From positions 25,978,001 through 26,042,000 of the forward strand of contig NC_043021.1 of assembly GCF_006345805.1 (NCBI RefSeq): 64,000 nucleotides of DNA, read 5' to 3'. A program made the translations under genes and the position numbers. This DNA is from Octopus sinensis (Eukaryota). Shown here in pieces: positions 1 through 12,029 of this stretch. Numbering within the stretch: position 1 is the first letter of the stretch; every line of letters begins with the position of its first letter. The notes beneath the pieces were generated by a model. That model was not told the DNA's origin. It searched no databases and saw only the letters and a program-made list of their open reading frames with translations.

Positions 1-2135
1 CACGTGGCAACGGTCTTCGTACTAAATGAGGTCAGTTCGCAATGCGAGACAACATTCAGCATATATTTATGCGAACTGCTTTAGTGCAAGTATTGTTTAT
101 TTACCTGGGCAGGTAAATACTGTGCAGGACACTCGTGCATTATTATTCCTGAATAAAATCACTCAACAACACAAGTCAAATCATCTTTATGTATTTACAA
201 TCACATGAATTTAAAAACTGACTTTGATGTGATAGGGGTCAAAACAGGGTGCCACACGCACAGTGGCATGTCACATTGTGGACCGTGGCATCTGGTTTGC
301 TTTACATACTGTGCATCTCTTTGAAGCATTTGGTGGGGGGGAAGAGTTGTGGAAAATGTCGACATCCCTTCACCATGCAGTGAGGAGAGTCCAGCATGGG
401 GCCACCCACGCATTCTATACTTTGGCAGGTCTGAGGCTTCGATCATTTCACAGATTCCTGAATGTCAATCCCCACCGCCCACACTGCCAAGCATCTGCTA
501 AATGAAACTTGAGTTCATGACACACAGGTTAATTATATACAAGAACATTTTTTTGTACCGTTTCACAAATTTTCTCACCGATTTCTGTGTCATTGCCAGC
601 TGATCTGAGCGATTGACCCCACCCGTCCCTTCATTGCATGAAACAACTACACTCGGTTTCATTATGGCATTACCGTCTGCATCTTGTTTCCCAGTTTCCT
701 TCATACTTGTAGAATGCATTGTGGATAACATGCAAACGTTTTTCTTATTATTATGCCACACTAGAGCAGCAATAATGTTATTACTGGTGCATCACTCTGC
801 TGTTTCTGCCCTTTCAAAGTTTAATCTCGTGACAATCGGGAGGTATGTTTTTCTTGTGTGTCCCCACAGCCCCAGTCCCACAGGCATTAGCCATCCTTGC
901 CTGCAGCTTCAAGAAGAGGGTCTGGACTGGAAAACCAGTTGTCCGTATAAACATTGTAGCCTTTATGAAGCAAGTTTTCATTCAGCAACAACACAACATC
1001 AGATGACGTTAGAGTAGATGCTGGAAGATCCAATCTGCCCTGACCAGTGTGGATTTTGTAATTCCACGTGTACCCACAGGCTCTGCCAGTTGACTGGCAT
1101 ACTTTATAAACCTTGACTCCAAAGCGGGCGTGTTTGGTTGGGTTGTAATGTTTGAATCAGATCCTTCCCTTGAATTTCTTCAAACTCTCGTTCATACAAA
1201 TGTCCTGTGTGTGAACATACACTGTTCTGAAATTTTCAGCCACTTTGTCAACAGTCGGACATATTCTGTGCAGCATGTCATCCCGGTTCTCCTCTGAGTT
1301 GAAATCAAACATGTAGCACCGTTTCCAGAAAGAAAGGTGTTGATGTGGCTGGATCCCAATTCCAATATGACGCCAAGGTCAGTTTCTTCACAATGCCCAT
1401 CAGTATCAGCAGGGCTAGCAGAACTTTGGTTTTGTCCGCTGTGGTTGGAAACCAATCACTGCCCCACCCAGGCCTGACATGGTGGGGATGGTTTTCAGCA
1501 GAGTCATCCATTTCCTCTGCTATATTTTGGAACATTTCATCCATCCAAAACTTGTGGAAAATTTCCAATGGCAAACTTCCATGTTCAAGGTTTGCCTTAA
1601 TGCCAGGCATAACAGTAAACACAGGCCATCGGATGAAATTTTCTCTCACTCACTCACATGAGATTTTGTTGTCCAGAGCCATTCACTGCTGCCCACCTGT
1701 ACCTCTGATTCCCCAGAATATCATCCTTGCTATCGGAATCATCTGATTCTGAACTAGGAAAATACTCACTCTCCGAGTCATTGTCTGAACCAGAAGAAAC
1801 AACTGGTGAGGTGGTGGAGGTTGGTGTAGTTTGGCACGATGGCAGCAAATTTGCCGAAACAGGACATCAAAGTTGACGGAGCTGGAGTGATAGGACACGG
1901 CGACTGTAAATTCAATGAAACAGGATGCAACGATGGAGTTGACAGAGCCAGAGTGGCAGGACCAACCTATTGGGTTGTAAATATTTATAGGAAACATCTA
2001 ATCGGCCTATCAATTGGCAGGTGGACTGGTACTAACTCAGGTGACAGGTTCTAAGTCAGATAGCATATAATTACGTTGACCGATTTAAAACATTTACATT
2101 GCATGTGTAAATTTACCTCAACCGTTTTAAAAGGG
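1..2135 (-). mobile_element. Decayed piggyBac-family DNA transposon (frameshifted transposase; 3' end runs off the window)
   Basis: Minus-strand fragments read in piggyBac order: acidic N-terminus (1654-1848), PLEIFHKF...LLALLILMGIVKK..LASYW (1305-1649), W.NNKK.VCMLSTMH...KP.VVV...GGVNRSDQ (498-761), and a degenerate Cys-rich tail TRCHGPQCDMPLCV (about 230-290). The terminus is TTAA|CCCTTT at 2139-2130 on the minus strand. Confidence 0.85.
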
Positions 2136-2164
2136 TTAAAGTAATTATGTTGAGGGAGGCTATA

Positions 2165-2402
2165 TTTTGTTGAATTCTTGGCCCTTGATATTCTTGAGCT
2201 TGCTAATAAGGGTCACATTGTAAATTTCATCTGTGAAGCTTGCTTCCATACCACAATACATCCATTGAGCTTCATAGTTGAAATCTTAACAGCAAAGCGG
2301 AGAAAAGAACCTGAAGATCCTTGGCTATTTGAAATAGAGAAGCTTCTGATTCTGTTGTATCTGACTTGGTATCATTCTCCAGCAATCCAAACACAAAGCA
2401 TC

Positions 2403-2487
<85 letters not shown>

Positions 2488-2945
2488 CTCTGGGTGGTGT
2501 TGTAAATTTTGTCACTGACTTTTTCAAAGATGTTGAAATAAACCAAAACCTTACACTTCATGGAACAGAATCACAGAAAGAAGCAGAGAGATTGACTGGG
2601 GTCCACCACATTCTCTCTTTTAAAGGCTTTCAACAGGGGCACACCTTACTCTCTTCATGTCTATTGCTTACAGTTTGCATGTATAGTAAAACATAACCAA
2701 TATTGCTGCAAAGGGGTCAACTTCAATAAAGGCTGTGAATGTGGTGTCCCTTAGGGCTTGTTGGGCACAAGTTATTTGGTCAAAGTAAATTTGCAGGTTA
2801 TTTCCCAAGTGAACAACAAGTGGTTGAAAGCTGAGACATTTCTGTGAATGGAGAAGATGAAAAAAAAAAGGCCAGAAAGTCTCAATGGTGCTGGTGTCCT
2901 TGCAGGAAGTGGGGGACTTCATGACAACTGTTTCATTGTGTCAGA
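2165..2945 (-). mobile_element. Decayed Helitron Rep-helicase fragment, interrupted by a microsatellite
   Basis: Minus-strand translation gives ETFW...VVHLGNNLQIYF...TTFTAF..DPFA...YYT and FGLLEND..DTT.SEAS....LQVLFSALL. These resemble the Helitron RepHel segments VHLENGQRVYF...TTLTAFF...DPFA and LGLLEND.HWD.TL.EA (family knowledge from memory). Stops are present. Confidence 0.65.
2401..2490. repeat. (CT)n followed by (CTAT)n compound microsatellite
   Basis: Read directly from the sequence. Confidence 0.95.
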
Positions 2946-3029
2946 GAAAACACTGAAGGGTCAAATCCCTTTGTGTTATATTTGAGGGATTTTTATTGAA
3001 TTGGAGAACCCAATATTTATTATGATACC

Positions 3030-3235
3030 TTAACCCTTTTGTTACCCTATTTTTACACAGCTTTTGTTCAAATTAATTTTGAAAATAATGAAGAATTTAG
3101 TGAAATACTTCTATTATTACAAAAGCATTTGGAGCAGATTAACCTGGAATTCTGAAGGAAGGTTTTAATTTGGTTCACTTCAAAACAGGAAGTTTATACC
3201 ACTGGTCTCAGGCAGGTTGGTATCAAAACAGCCAA
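3030..3235 (+). repeat. Interspersed repeat / MITE-like family starting TAACCCTT; related copies near 33590-33800, 55780-56130 and 63830-64000
   Basis: A shared block AATTAATTTTGAAAATAATGAAGAATTTAGT occurs at about 3071, 55831 and 55992, with related sequence on the other strand elsewhere. Confidence 0.5.
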
Positions 3236-5164
3236 ATGTCTTGGTCAAGAGTGGTCAGTAGGGAAGCACCGTCTCTTGACAATTCCATGCTGTCCAACCA
3301 AGATTTAGAAACATCTTTCTTCTGTGTTCTTTTCTGTAGGAGGAATTGCAATTTCCATCCATTTGAGTTACCTTGATGAAAAATTGTCTTGGAAACGGTT
3401 TGCTGTATTTGTTTCCGATGCAAAATGAATTCCTATTGAGAGCACCAAAGGGACAATGAACAATCAAGGTTTTAACACCATTGATCAACTGTTTCTATCT
3501 CTAAAATTTTGGAAGTTCTACAGAGATGTGGAGTGGACTTTGGGGTTGTTTTCTTCTCTTTTTGGGTGAATTCAGTTGGCCAACCAGACTCAAAAGGTGT
3601 GGTGCCTGTGGCAAGCTCTCTTTTTCCATGGAGTTGGCAATGGAAATACCATTTGAAACAAATTGCTTATAAAATGAAAGAAGACTACGTCTGTTGTGAC
3701 CCTAATCTGAACACATATTCACTAAAGTTGACAAACCACTCAGATTAATTAAAACGAGCTGATATATCAATTTCAGTAGCTGACATTCATGCAAACATAA
3801 TTAGTAACAGCTTTAGATAAATCAAGATTTCTACTAAAACTATTTTTTGCTACTTGACTTGAAGAGGGAGAGAGGCAGGATGAGCAGAAGAGGTGAAAGA
3901 AATGTTGATGGTAGGGAAGAAAGAGAAATATACAGAATAGAAAGAGTATAGAACTAAAGAAGAGAAAAAAAAGGTAACATATATAAGAAAGAAAGAGAGA
4001 GAGGCAGGAGGAAAGCAATAAAACCTTGATAATAACAAAAAGGTGAGAGACAGAAGTTAAAAATAGAGAAATTGATAGAAGAGGGAGAATAGTAAAACAC
4101 AAATTTTCAACACTGTGGTAGCAGCAGAGAACCAGGCAATAGTTACATACAAAAGAAGGGGATGAGAAGATGGAGAAACACATTCAAACTTTCTCGAATG
4201 TTTCGAAAGTTGAATTGTTAAATTTTATTTATGTTATGAGTAAACAAAGACTGATAAATAGTTATATTTCTAACAGTGTTTCATGCAAAGTAGCACTTGA
4301 GTGCTTTTTCCCACTCAAAGGGTAAACAGTAATACACTAAGGCATAGGTTTGATTCCAGGAGGAATCTTACATTATATTTCACATTTGTAGATGGATCAG
4401 ATTGGAGCCTGGTGCAGCCATCTGGTTTACCAGTCCTCAGTTAAATCGTGCAACTCATGATAGCATGGAAGGCGGACGTTAAACGATGATGATGATGATG
4501 ATGTATGCATTTTATATCTGCACAAACACACAAGTATGGCTATGTGGTTAAGAAGTTTACTTCTCAACCAAGCAGCTTCAGGTTCAGTCCCACTACACAG
4601 CACCTTGGACAAGCACCTGCTACAATAGCCCCAGGCCTGTCATTACCTTGTGAGGGAATCTGAAAGAAACCCATCCTATGGATGCATGTGTTTGTGTGTA
4701 TGTGAGCGTATCCGTGCGAATGTTAACAGCCCATGCGGAGCAATGGCTACAAATGGTGATGTGGCTATTTACAGGATGCAACAAGCGACATCTGTTGACA
4801 TTTTTTGCCAACAAATCATCAACTTGCTTTGCACTTTTGAATTCCTTGCTTAAAAAACAGGTAAGGGTCGGTAAAAAGAAAAGCATTCAGCCATTGAAAT
4901 TCTGCCTTGACCACTTCTTGTTGAAGTCAATTGAGAGATGGAGACTGAAGAATCCTGTTGTGTGTAAATATGTCTGAGTGTGGGGGTGGGGGATGAATGA
5001 ATTCATATTTCTCTTCGTGCTCACGTGTGTTTGCTGATCATGAACAGCCTCACTAAATAGGGAGTCCTTTACTTGCAGCAGTCAACTGCAAAGGTAAGTC
5101 TAAGCCTCTTAATGTGTTGTATGATCTTTATAAAAACAAAAACAAAAACAAACAAAAAACAAGC

Positions 5165-5415
5165 CTTATTTACATTCGACGGATATTTGTCCTCATCTTG
5201 TTTCTTGTTAACATGTTTCAGCTGATACAACCTCCAGCCTTCATCAGGTGTCTTGGGGAAATTTCGAACCTGGGTTCTCATTCCTAAGGTATTTTTCGAT
5301 GTTATCATCATCATCATCATTATTATCATTATAATTATTATTCAGTTCACTGCCTGGAATCGAACTGGGAATCTTGGGGGTTAGTAGCCCGTGCTCTTAA
5401 CCACTACGCCATATG
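5165..5415 (-). mobile_element. tRNA-headed SINE with a hammerhead-ribozyme-like core in its body
   Basis: On the minus strand: tRNA-like head TGGCGTAGTGGTTAAG (A box) ... AGTTCGATTCC (B box) at 5415-5350, then an (AAT/GAT)n tract, then GACAC-CTGATGA-A-GGCTG-loop-CAGCT-GAAAC at 5252-5215. Confidence 0.55.
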
Positions 5416-6623
5416 TTGTTTCTTTCTAATTCTCCACACAACACTGTCTGGACCGTTGTCTTATTCCAAAGACTGGGAGGAGTTTATTAGCTCGTTTGGA
5501 AACAGGTGAGAGTTGATGACAGGAAAGGTATGCAGCCAGAGAAAATCTTCCTCAATGAATTCCCAGCCCCATGCAAGAAGGAGAAAAGTGGATGTTGAAA
5601 CAATGAAGATATACATTTTAACCAGAAAGGAGTTGAATGCAGTTTTAAACCCTTTTAATGCTGAAATAAGATGTACCTCTCCTTTCAAAATTTTTTTATT
5701 ATTAACTGCAGAAAGCAGTTTTACTCCATGGCTTTGGAAAGAAAGCTCTCTTTATGCTGCAAAAGACAGAGACCTCACAGTCACTTCCAAATATAGTATT
5801 GACTCTCACCAACCAAGTATGTGCTGCCATCTATGAAGTAAGACTGCAACTACTAATCTTGTCTATGTTGACATCACCAGAGCTAAGTTTCTTCATATTT
5901 TCAGAACCATTGTCATTCGATTTAACAACCACTTTTCATGCTTGCATGGATCAAATTGAATATATTGAGGCAGAATTTCTACAGCCCTTCTTGTTGCCAA
6001 AAAGGTAATATTTCATCATGGCCAGACATGTTCTCCCAGTATATTGGAAATTAACGACACTGCTTGCGTGACAGTGAAACTCATTTACAACTATCACATA
6101 TTGTCAAAACAAGGACACAAACATACACACATGTATATATATATATAGAGAGAGATCTAAATATAAATTACTTTACTTATATAGTAAGTTTAATTTATTA
6201 GTGGGGATCTAGTTGGGAGTATTTATTTGATATATATTTGGTATAAGTGATATTGTAGCTTATGTTTTGTGGTGGTGTTTTGTATGTAAATCAATACGAG
6301 TTTGTATTAAATATTTAGAATTAGATTTATTTTAGATGTTTATTTAATTAATAAATATAATTTAATTAATGAATATTAATTGCATTATAGTTTTTTTAGA
6401 TTAACTTAAATATATTAAATGAGTTGTTAGAAAATTGAGACCGATTGAATAAATACTGTCTTTTTACTTATTATATATATTGTTTGTTCATTTTTTTGTA
6501 CTTTTTGTGATCTAGTTATATGTTTTATAATATATTTTATTTTTTCTTTATGATTTGGTTTATGTCTATCATTATTTGAATTACATAATATAGTGGTTTT
6601 TCTCTAATTTTTATATATATATA

Positions 6624-6821
6624 TCATCATCATCATCATCATCGTCGTTTAACGTCCGTTCTCCATGCTAGCATGGGTTGGACGGTTCGACCGGGGTTCT
6701 GGGAAGCCAGAAGGCTGCACCAGGCTCCAGTCTAATCTGGCAATGTTTCTACAGCTGGATGCCCTTCCTAACACCAACCACTCCGTGAGTGTAGTGGGTG
6801 CTTTTTACGTGCCACCTGCAC

Positions 6822-6822
<1 letters not shown>
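6624..6822 (-). mobile_element. 5'-truncated RTE-LINE 3' end / SINE-like copy with (ATG)n tail and no hairpin array
   Basis: Nearly identical to 43222-43406, 55191-55381 and 20299-20470: GGTTGGCGTTAGGAAGGGCATCCAGC core and ...GGACGTTAAACGATGATG tail. Confidence 0.8.
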
Positions 6823-6864
<42 letters not shown>

Positions 6865-6867
6865 ACA

Positions 6868-7296
6868 GGCGCAGGAGTGGCTGTGTGGTAATTAGGTTGC
6901 TTACCAACCACATGGTTTCGGATTCATTCCCACTGCGTGGCACCTTGGGCAAGTGTCTTCTACTATAGCCTCGGGCCGACCAAAGCCTTGTGAGTGGATT
7001 TGGTAGACAGAAACTGAAAGAAGCCCGTCGTATATATGTATATATATATATATATATATGTATGTGTCGGTGTGTTTACCTGTTTGTCTTTCTCCCCCTC
7101 CCCAACATCGCTTGACAACCGATGGTTGTGTGTTTACATCCCCGTTACTTAGCGGTTTGGCAAAAGAGACCGATAGAATAAGTACTAGGCTTCCAAAAAA
7201 TAAGTCCTGGGGTCGATGTGCTCGACCAAAGGCGGTGCTCCAGCATGGCCATAGTCAAATGACTGAAACAAGTAAAAGAGTAAAAGAGTAAAGAGA
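6868..7296 (+). mobile_element. tRNA-derived SINE, family A (CORE-like CCTTGGGCAAGT segment, AAAGAGT tail), full length
   Basis: Head GGCGCAGGAGTGGCTGTGTGGTAA, B-box-like GGATTCATTCC, internal (AT)n tract. Matching copies at 14709-15092 and 21091-21464, plus many partial copies. Confidence 0.85.
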
Positions 7297-7298
7297 TA

Positions 7299-7857
7299 TG
7301 AGGGGAAGTCGGTAATTACCTGCACTTTCACCATAACATATCATTATTATTGTCTCCCTGCCTTCTACGCCTGCAAGCTTATTACTGTTGGTATTACTGT
7401 GGTCACTTGATCGCAGTTTGAGCCTGATCACACCATTTTTCTTTCTGGTTTTACAGTGCAAGCACGGCCACTCCACTAGCAATGGGCACCAAAGAAGAAC
7501 AAAGAGCAGTAATCCAAGAGATGGTCATGGGGAACCGGTTCTCCATTACCATCTCCAAGAGAACCGGTTCCCCATTGACATCTCTTAAGCTTGCTGAATC
7601 TTCTCGTCAGTGGTGGAGGTTGACAGACGTCCTGCTTCCTCTTCATGCATCATGCTTCTCCGGCCACTTGTAAACTTCTCAATCTACTCATACACACTTC
7701 TACATGGTAGGGCACTGTCCCCATACCGTACCAAAAGCCTCTGATGAATTTCAGCCCCTGACACACCATTTGACCAAAGATATCAGATTGTTGTTCTTTG
7801 GTGCACAATAATAAAGATAGGCTATGGTGGAGTTGCAGATAATTTTCGACTTCTCCT

Positions 7858-7859
<2 letters not shown>
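7299..7859 (-). mobile_element. Internally deleted mariner element
   Basis: Imperfect TIRs TA|TGAGGGGAAGTCGGTAATTACCTGCA and TGCAGATAATTTTCGACTTCTCCTTG. The internal minus-strand remnant reads ...GRLSTSTTDEKIQQA.EM, typical of the mariner N-terminal HTH region. Confidence 0.6.
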
Positions 7860-7909
<50 letters not shown>

Positions 7910-8399
7910 CACATCTAAAGAAAAATCCTAATTCTTTCTTCAATAAGACATTCCTCACAATATACACACCCATCAATTCACTGCTGGTCATTTTTCAAAA
8001 CATATTGAAAGGACATTCAACACAACACACACACACATACACACACAGATGGACATAAAATAAATGCTTTTTTAGTCACCCCCTTGGCAGGAACACAAAG
8101 ATTTCTTTTAGACAATAGACACCCCTTCTCTCACTCTCTAACACTTTGAACTCAATACCAAACTATATTTAAAGAAGACTCCAATGAAAAACTCCCCAGA
8201 CATGTTCTTGACCCCCAGACGGAAGACAAACTGTCTTTACTTCAAATTTTAAAAATTTTTTACTGATATTTGATAAGAAGAGATACATCAAAACCAGTAA
8301 TATTTTCTTTATATAATTCTTTTATTAAATTCCCTCTTAAATTGAAATAGACTTCTGTGCTATTTCCACCTCCTTCTTATATATATATATATATACATG

Positions 8400-8435
<36 letters not shown>

Positions 8436-9127
8436 ATAAAATATTAGGAAATAAATCCAAACTTACAGGGAAAAATCAGATTTATCTTTTTTTAATAATT
8501 TTGATATATATTTAAAATAATATAAATTAATTAATCTTACGTATTGGCTAAAGTTTTTCATTGTATGATTTGCCTAATAGTGGTTTTGTCTCTAATTTAA
8601 TATAATATATATATATATATGCATGTATATGTATGTACATACACATGATGGGCTTCTTTCAGTTTCCATCTACCAAATCCACTCACAAGGCTTCAGTCAG
8701 CCTAGGACTATGGCAGCAGACACTTGCCCAAGGTGCCACACAGTGGTGCAAAGCCCAAGATCATTTGGTTGGGAAACCACACAGCCATACTTGGGAGTGA
8801 CTCAGCATTCTAGTATTATTCCCCCATGTTATATTTATCAGATATATATATATTAATGTAATACTGATCATATTGTATCACAATGCCACCTGTAGAAGCC
8901 TTTAAATACAAGAAACATTGTCAAAAGAGTCAGCCATGTTCCACAAGTCTATTTTTTCTTGTGTCTCCATGATGGATGGTTTCACCATTCCCTAACATTT
9001 ATCAAAGAGTAAACAGTCTCAGACATGTTCTGTAGAAATCTTTACAACACTTGAAACTAGCTTTTGTAGAGGTAGTCTTTTACTTGTTTCAATCACTGGA
9101 CTTGCAGCCATGCTGGAGCACTTCTTT

Positions 9128-9469
9128 GTAAGTGTTGTACAAGGAAACTGTATACTCCTCCCAGTAAAAAGTGGTAGGAGGCAGCCCTTATAAATATACC
9201 AGTAGCCAGTCATCAAGAGAGGGTCGAGAGTTGACAGTTGTAGTCAGTGTCTGTGGAGCTCTCAGCAATAGCAAGTCAGAAGGAATTAGTGTATTACTAT
9301 TCCGGTACGAAGAGATACAACGGTATCCAATGACTAGTAACTATTGTGTCTACCAGCATAAAACAGCAATTACAGTACAACGGCAGTCACACATGGCACC
9401 AGTGGGAGGAACTCACTTCACGACAGTCACACATGGCACCAGTGGGAGGAACCCACTTCACGACAGTCA
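9128..9469 (+). mobile_element. Possible LTR remnant followed by a PBS-like site within a 40-bp tandem duplication
   Basis: TG start, TATAAATA box, ...CA end followed by TGGCACCAGTGGGA, which resembles a tRNA-Leu primer-binding site. The 40-bp unit is at 9384 and 9424. Confidence 0.35.
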
Positions 9470-10034
9470 ATCCAGTTAGTACCAGGAGTTAGTTCTTGAA
9501 GCCTGCTATTTGTTCTATCAGTCTGTGTTTTTTGCTGAATTGGTAAGTTACAGGATGTAAACAAACCAACACTGGCTGTCAAGCAATGGAAGGACAAACA
9601 CTAACACATGCCAACACACACACACATATACATTATATATGTACATATATTGTAAAAGCTATGATCAATAAAAAAGAAAACAGCGAAGGGAGAAGCTTTA
9701 AGAGGTTTGGCCTTAAGTAAAATGCTTTAATGCAAAGAAAGAAAAAAAGTATGTGGGGGAGGGAGGAGATAGAAAGCGGAGTAGTCAGAGGGGGAGGAGG
9801 AAAAAATCAGCAGGCTTCCACACAGTTACCATGTCCCAAATTCATTGACAAGGCATTGCCGAGCACTGAATTTGAACCCAAGACCATGTAGGTTGCAAAG
9901 TGAATTTTGCCATGGTCATTATGAAGCAACGTGGCTCACAGAAAATACCAATGCTAGTTTTTGGTGGATAATTAATATTTTGACAAGGACAACCAAGAAA
10001 TTTAATTGCAAAGACAAAGGATCAAAAGACTCAC

Positions 10035-10718
10035 CCATCAGCTGGAATGTCCCTTAATTGCAGACCCAGTTTAACGACCTGGTTAGAGAAACTGGGGTAG
10101 TTTTCATCATCAGCCAAGTAAGATTCCATCTTGCGCTCTTGTCGGTCACCACCGCAGTTCCTTGCAGGGCTTTTGTCATCCCGTTTTCGGGCCATAATGG
10201 ACAGAGGTTTCCAGCAACCACTTGACCAGCCGGGGCTTGTCACACTCTCGCTGCTGGTGGTGATGGTGGTGGTCGTGGTGGTGACACTGCTGCTGGCAAT
10301 GCTATCGGTGGAAGTGGAGACGGAGGGGGAGGAGTTAGTTTTGTTCTTCTTGGAGGTGAGGGGCCCTTGGTTATTGCTGGCTTTGTTACTGTCGCGGTGG
10401 GGGTTGTTGGTCCCAGCAGCCACACACGTCAAGCTGTGCTGGCTCCACTTGGCTCCACCACCTATGCTCAGATCAGGGGGTGGCGGTGGGGGGTGAGATG
10501 GGGGTGGATGCCGCTTAGGCGGCTTCTTTTTGGACAACTGCTGCTGCTGTTGTTGTTGTTGCTGCTGTTTCAATGACTTGTTGCTCTTGTGCTTGCTGTT
10601 GCTCTCTGTGGCACTGACCAATGGACTGTCGCTGTCTCCGGCAGCGGTGGCGGTGATGCTACTGTCACTCTGGCTACCAGTTCCTGTACTTGTTGTTGTC
10701 GTAGTCGTGGAAGAATTG
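10035..10718 (-). CDS. OTUD3: OTU domain-containing deubiquitinase 3, large exon (conserved Met at 10195; frame open back to the acceptor at 10718)
   Basis: MARKRDDK...ENYPSFSNQVVKLGLQLRDIPADG resembles human OTUD3 MSRKQ...[24 protein letters not shown](NCLFRAL). Phase-2 donor GG|GTGAGT at 10035/10034. Polypyrimidine tract and CAG acceptor at 10721-10719. Confidence 0.88.
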
Positions 10719-12029
10719 CTGTTGGAGAGAGAAAGAGAGAGAGAGGGAGAATGAGTTGGAGTTTATTGTAATTTGGGAAACAACCACAAAATATAAATGG
10801 TGGTGGCCATGGCAGCGGCAGCACTGTGATGATGATGGTGATTGTAGTGATGATTGAGTTGGCAGTTAACTGAATTGAAAACAAGAAGGAAAAAAGAATA
10901 AAGAGCAAAAGCTCTCAAATTCTGGTGGTGGTGGTCATGGTGGTAAGAGAAAAGTAGAAATGTAAATTGTGATGCTGGAGCAGAGCCAGGCTAAGGCACC
11001 ATCTTGAAGGATTTTAGTCCATTGCCTAGTAGTAGTAGTGGTGGTAGTAGTAGTAGTAGAAAAATTGATTTAAAAAAATAAACACATATGACAGGTGCAA
11101 GTGTGGCTGTGTGGTAAGCAGCTTGCTTCACAGTCACGTGGTTTCAGGTTCAGTCCCACAGCATGGCACTTTATAGCCCCAGGCTAACCAAACCCTTCTG
11201 AGCAAATTTAGTAGGCAGAAATTAAATGTGTGTGTGTGTTTGTATCTCCTTGCATTGATATTGTGTCATGGCTGTAAATGAGTGTTACTGTAATACAAGC
11301 AGTGTCTGTGAGAACATGACTGGCAATGGGGAAATTTTATCTTAGTCAGAAACAAGTGATGGTTAGTGGCAGGAACAGCATCCAACCATAGAAAAATTTA
11401 CCTCAATAAATTTCATCCAACCTTTGCAAGTATAGAAAAGTGGATGTTAAAATTACAACGATGAGGGTACGACAGTCTCTGCACAATTTCCAAAGTACAA
11501 AGTGATCCCTGAAATGCAGAAAAGGGACACGATGGAAGAGGGTGGTTGACCTGAAGATGCTACAATGGATTGTACTGATGGTAGATATAAGATGCTGCAG
11601 AAGATCCAGCCAGCCAGCTCCAGCCGCACACAATAGGGCAGGGCTTAGAAGCTGCAGTATTTCTACCCACCCTCACCTCATATTTACATATGTTCCTTTT
11701 TACCATTCTCCTTATCACCACTTGTAGTCCTCCATCTCCTTTGCTGACTACACCATCCTCATCACTCTGCCCATTTGCCCTTCAACCCCACCTCTCTCTC
11801 CTATATATGTAGAAGATTGCATTACCCCCCCACCCCCGTCATCATCTCAACCCCCCACCTCCTCCCATCTGATACACTCAAAGTCCTACTAACAGCCACC
11901 AGCAATCTCAATCCCCTAACCCACCACACTAGTCCCCCACCCCTTCACCATCTCCTCTGTTTATTTCATCACCCACCCCACAAACCACCTCTATGTATCT
12001 CTGTTGTCTTCACATCATATTCTTTCTAC

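Noticed and set aside
4790-4865. Plus-strand exon candidate ending CAG|GTAAGG
   Set aside because: The donor is part of the recurrent repeat sequence AAACAGGT(G/A)AGGGT...GAAGGGCATCCAGCC.
5345-5415. tRNA gene calls here and at 43830-43899
   Set aside because: The A and B boxes are present but the cloverleaf is incomplete and each head continues into a SINE body.
5712-6004. Plus-strand open frame of about 98 codons with apparent acceptor and donor
   Set aside because: Its 3' part and the donor are the antisense strand of a decayed SINE/LINE tail (…GAAGGGC..TAGAAATTCTGCCTCAA…CCATGCAAGCATG), and the peptide resembles nothing I recognise.
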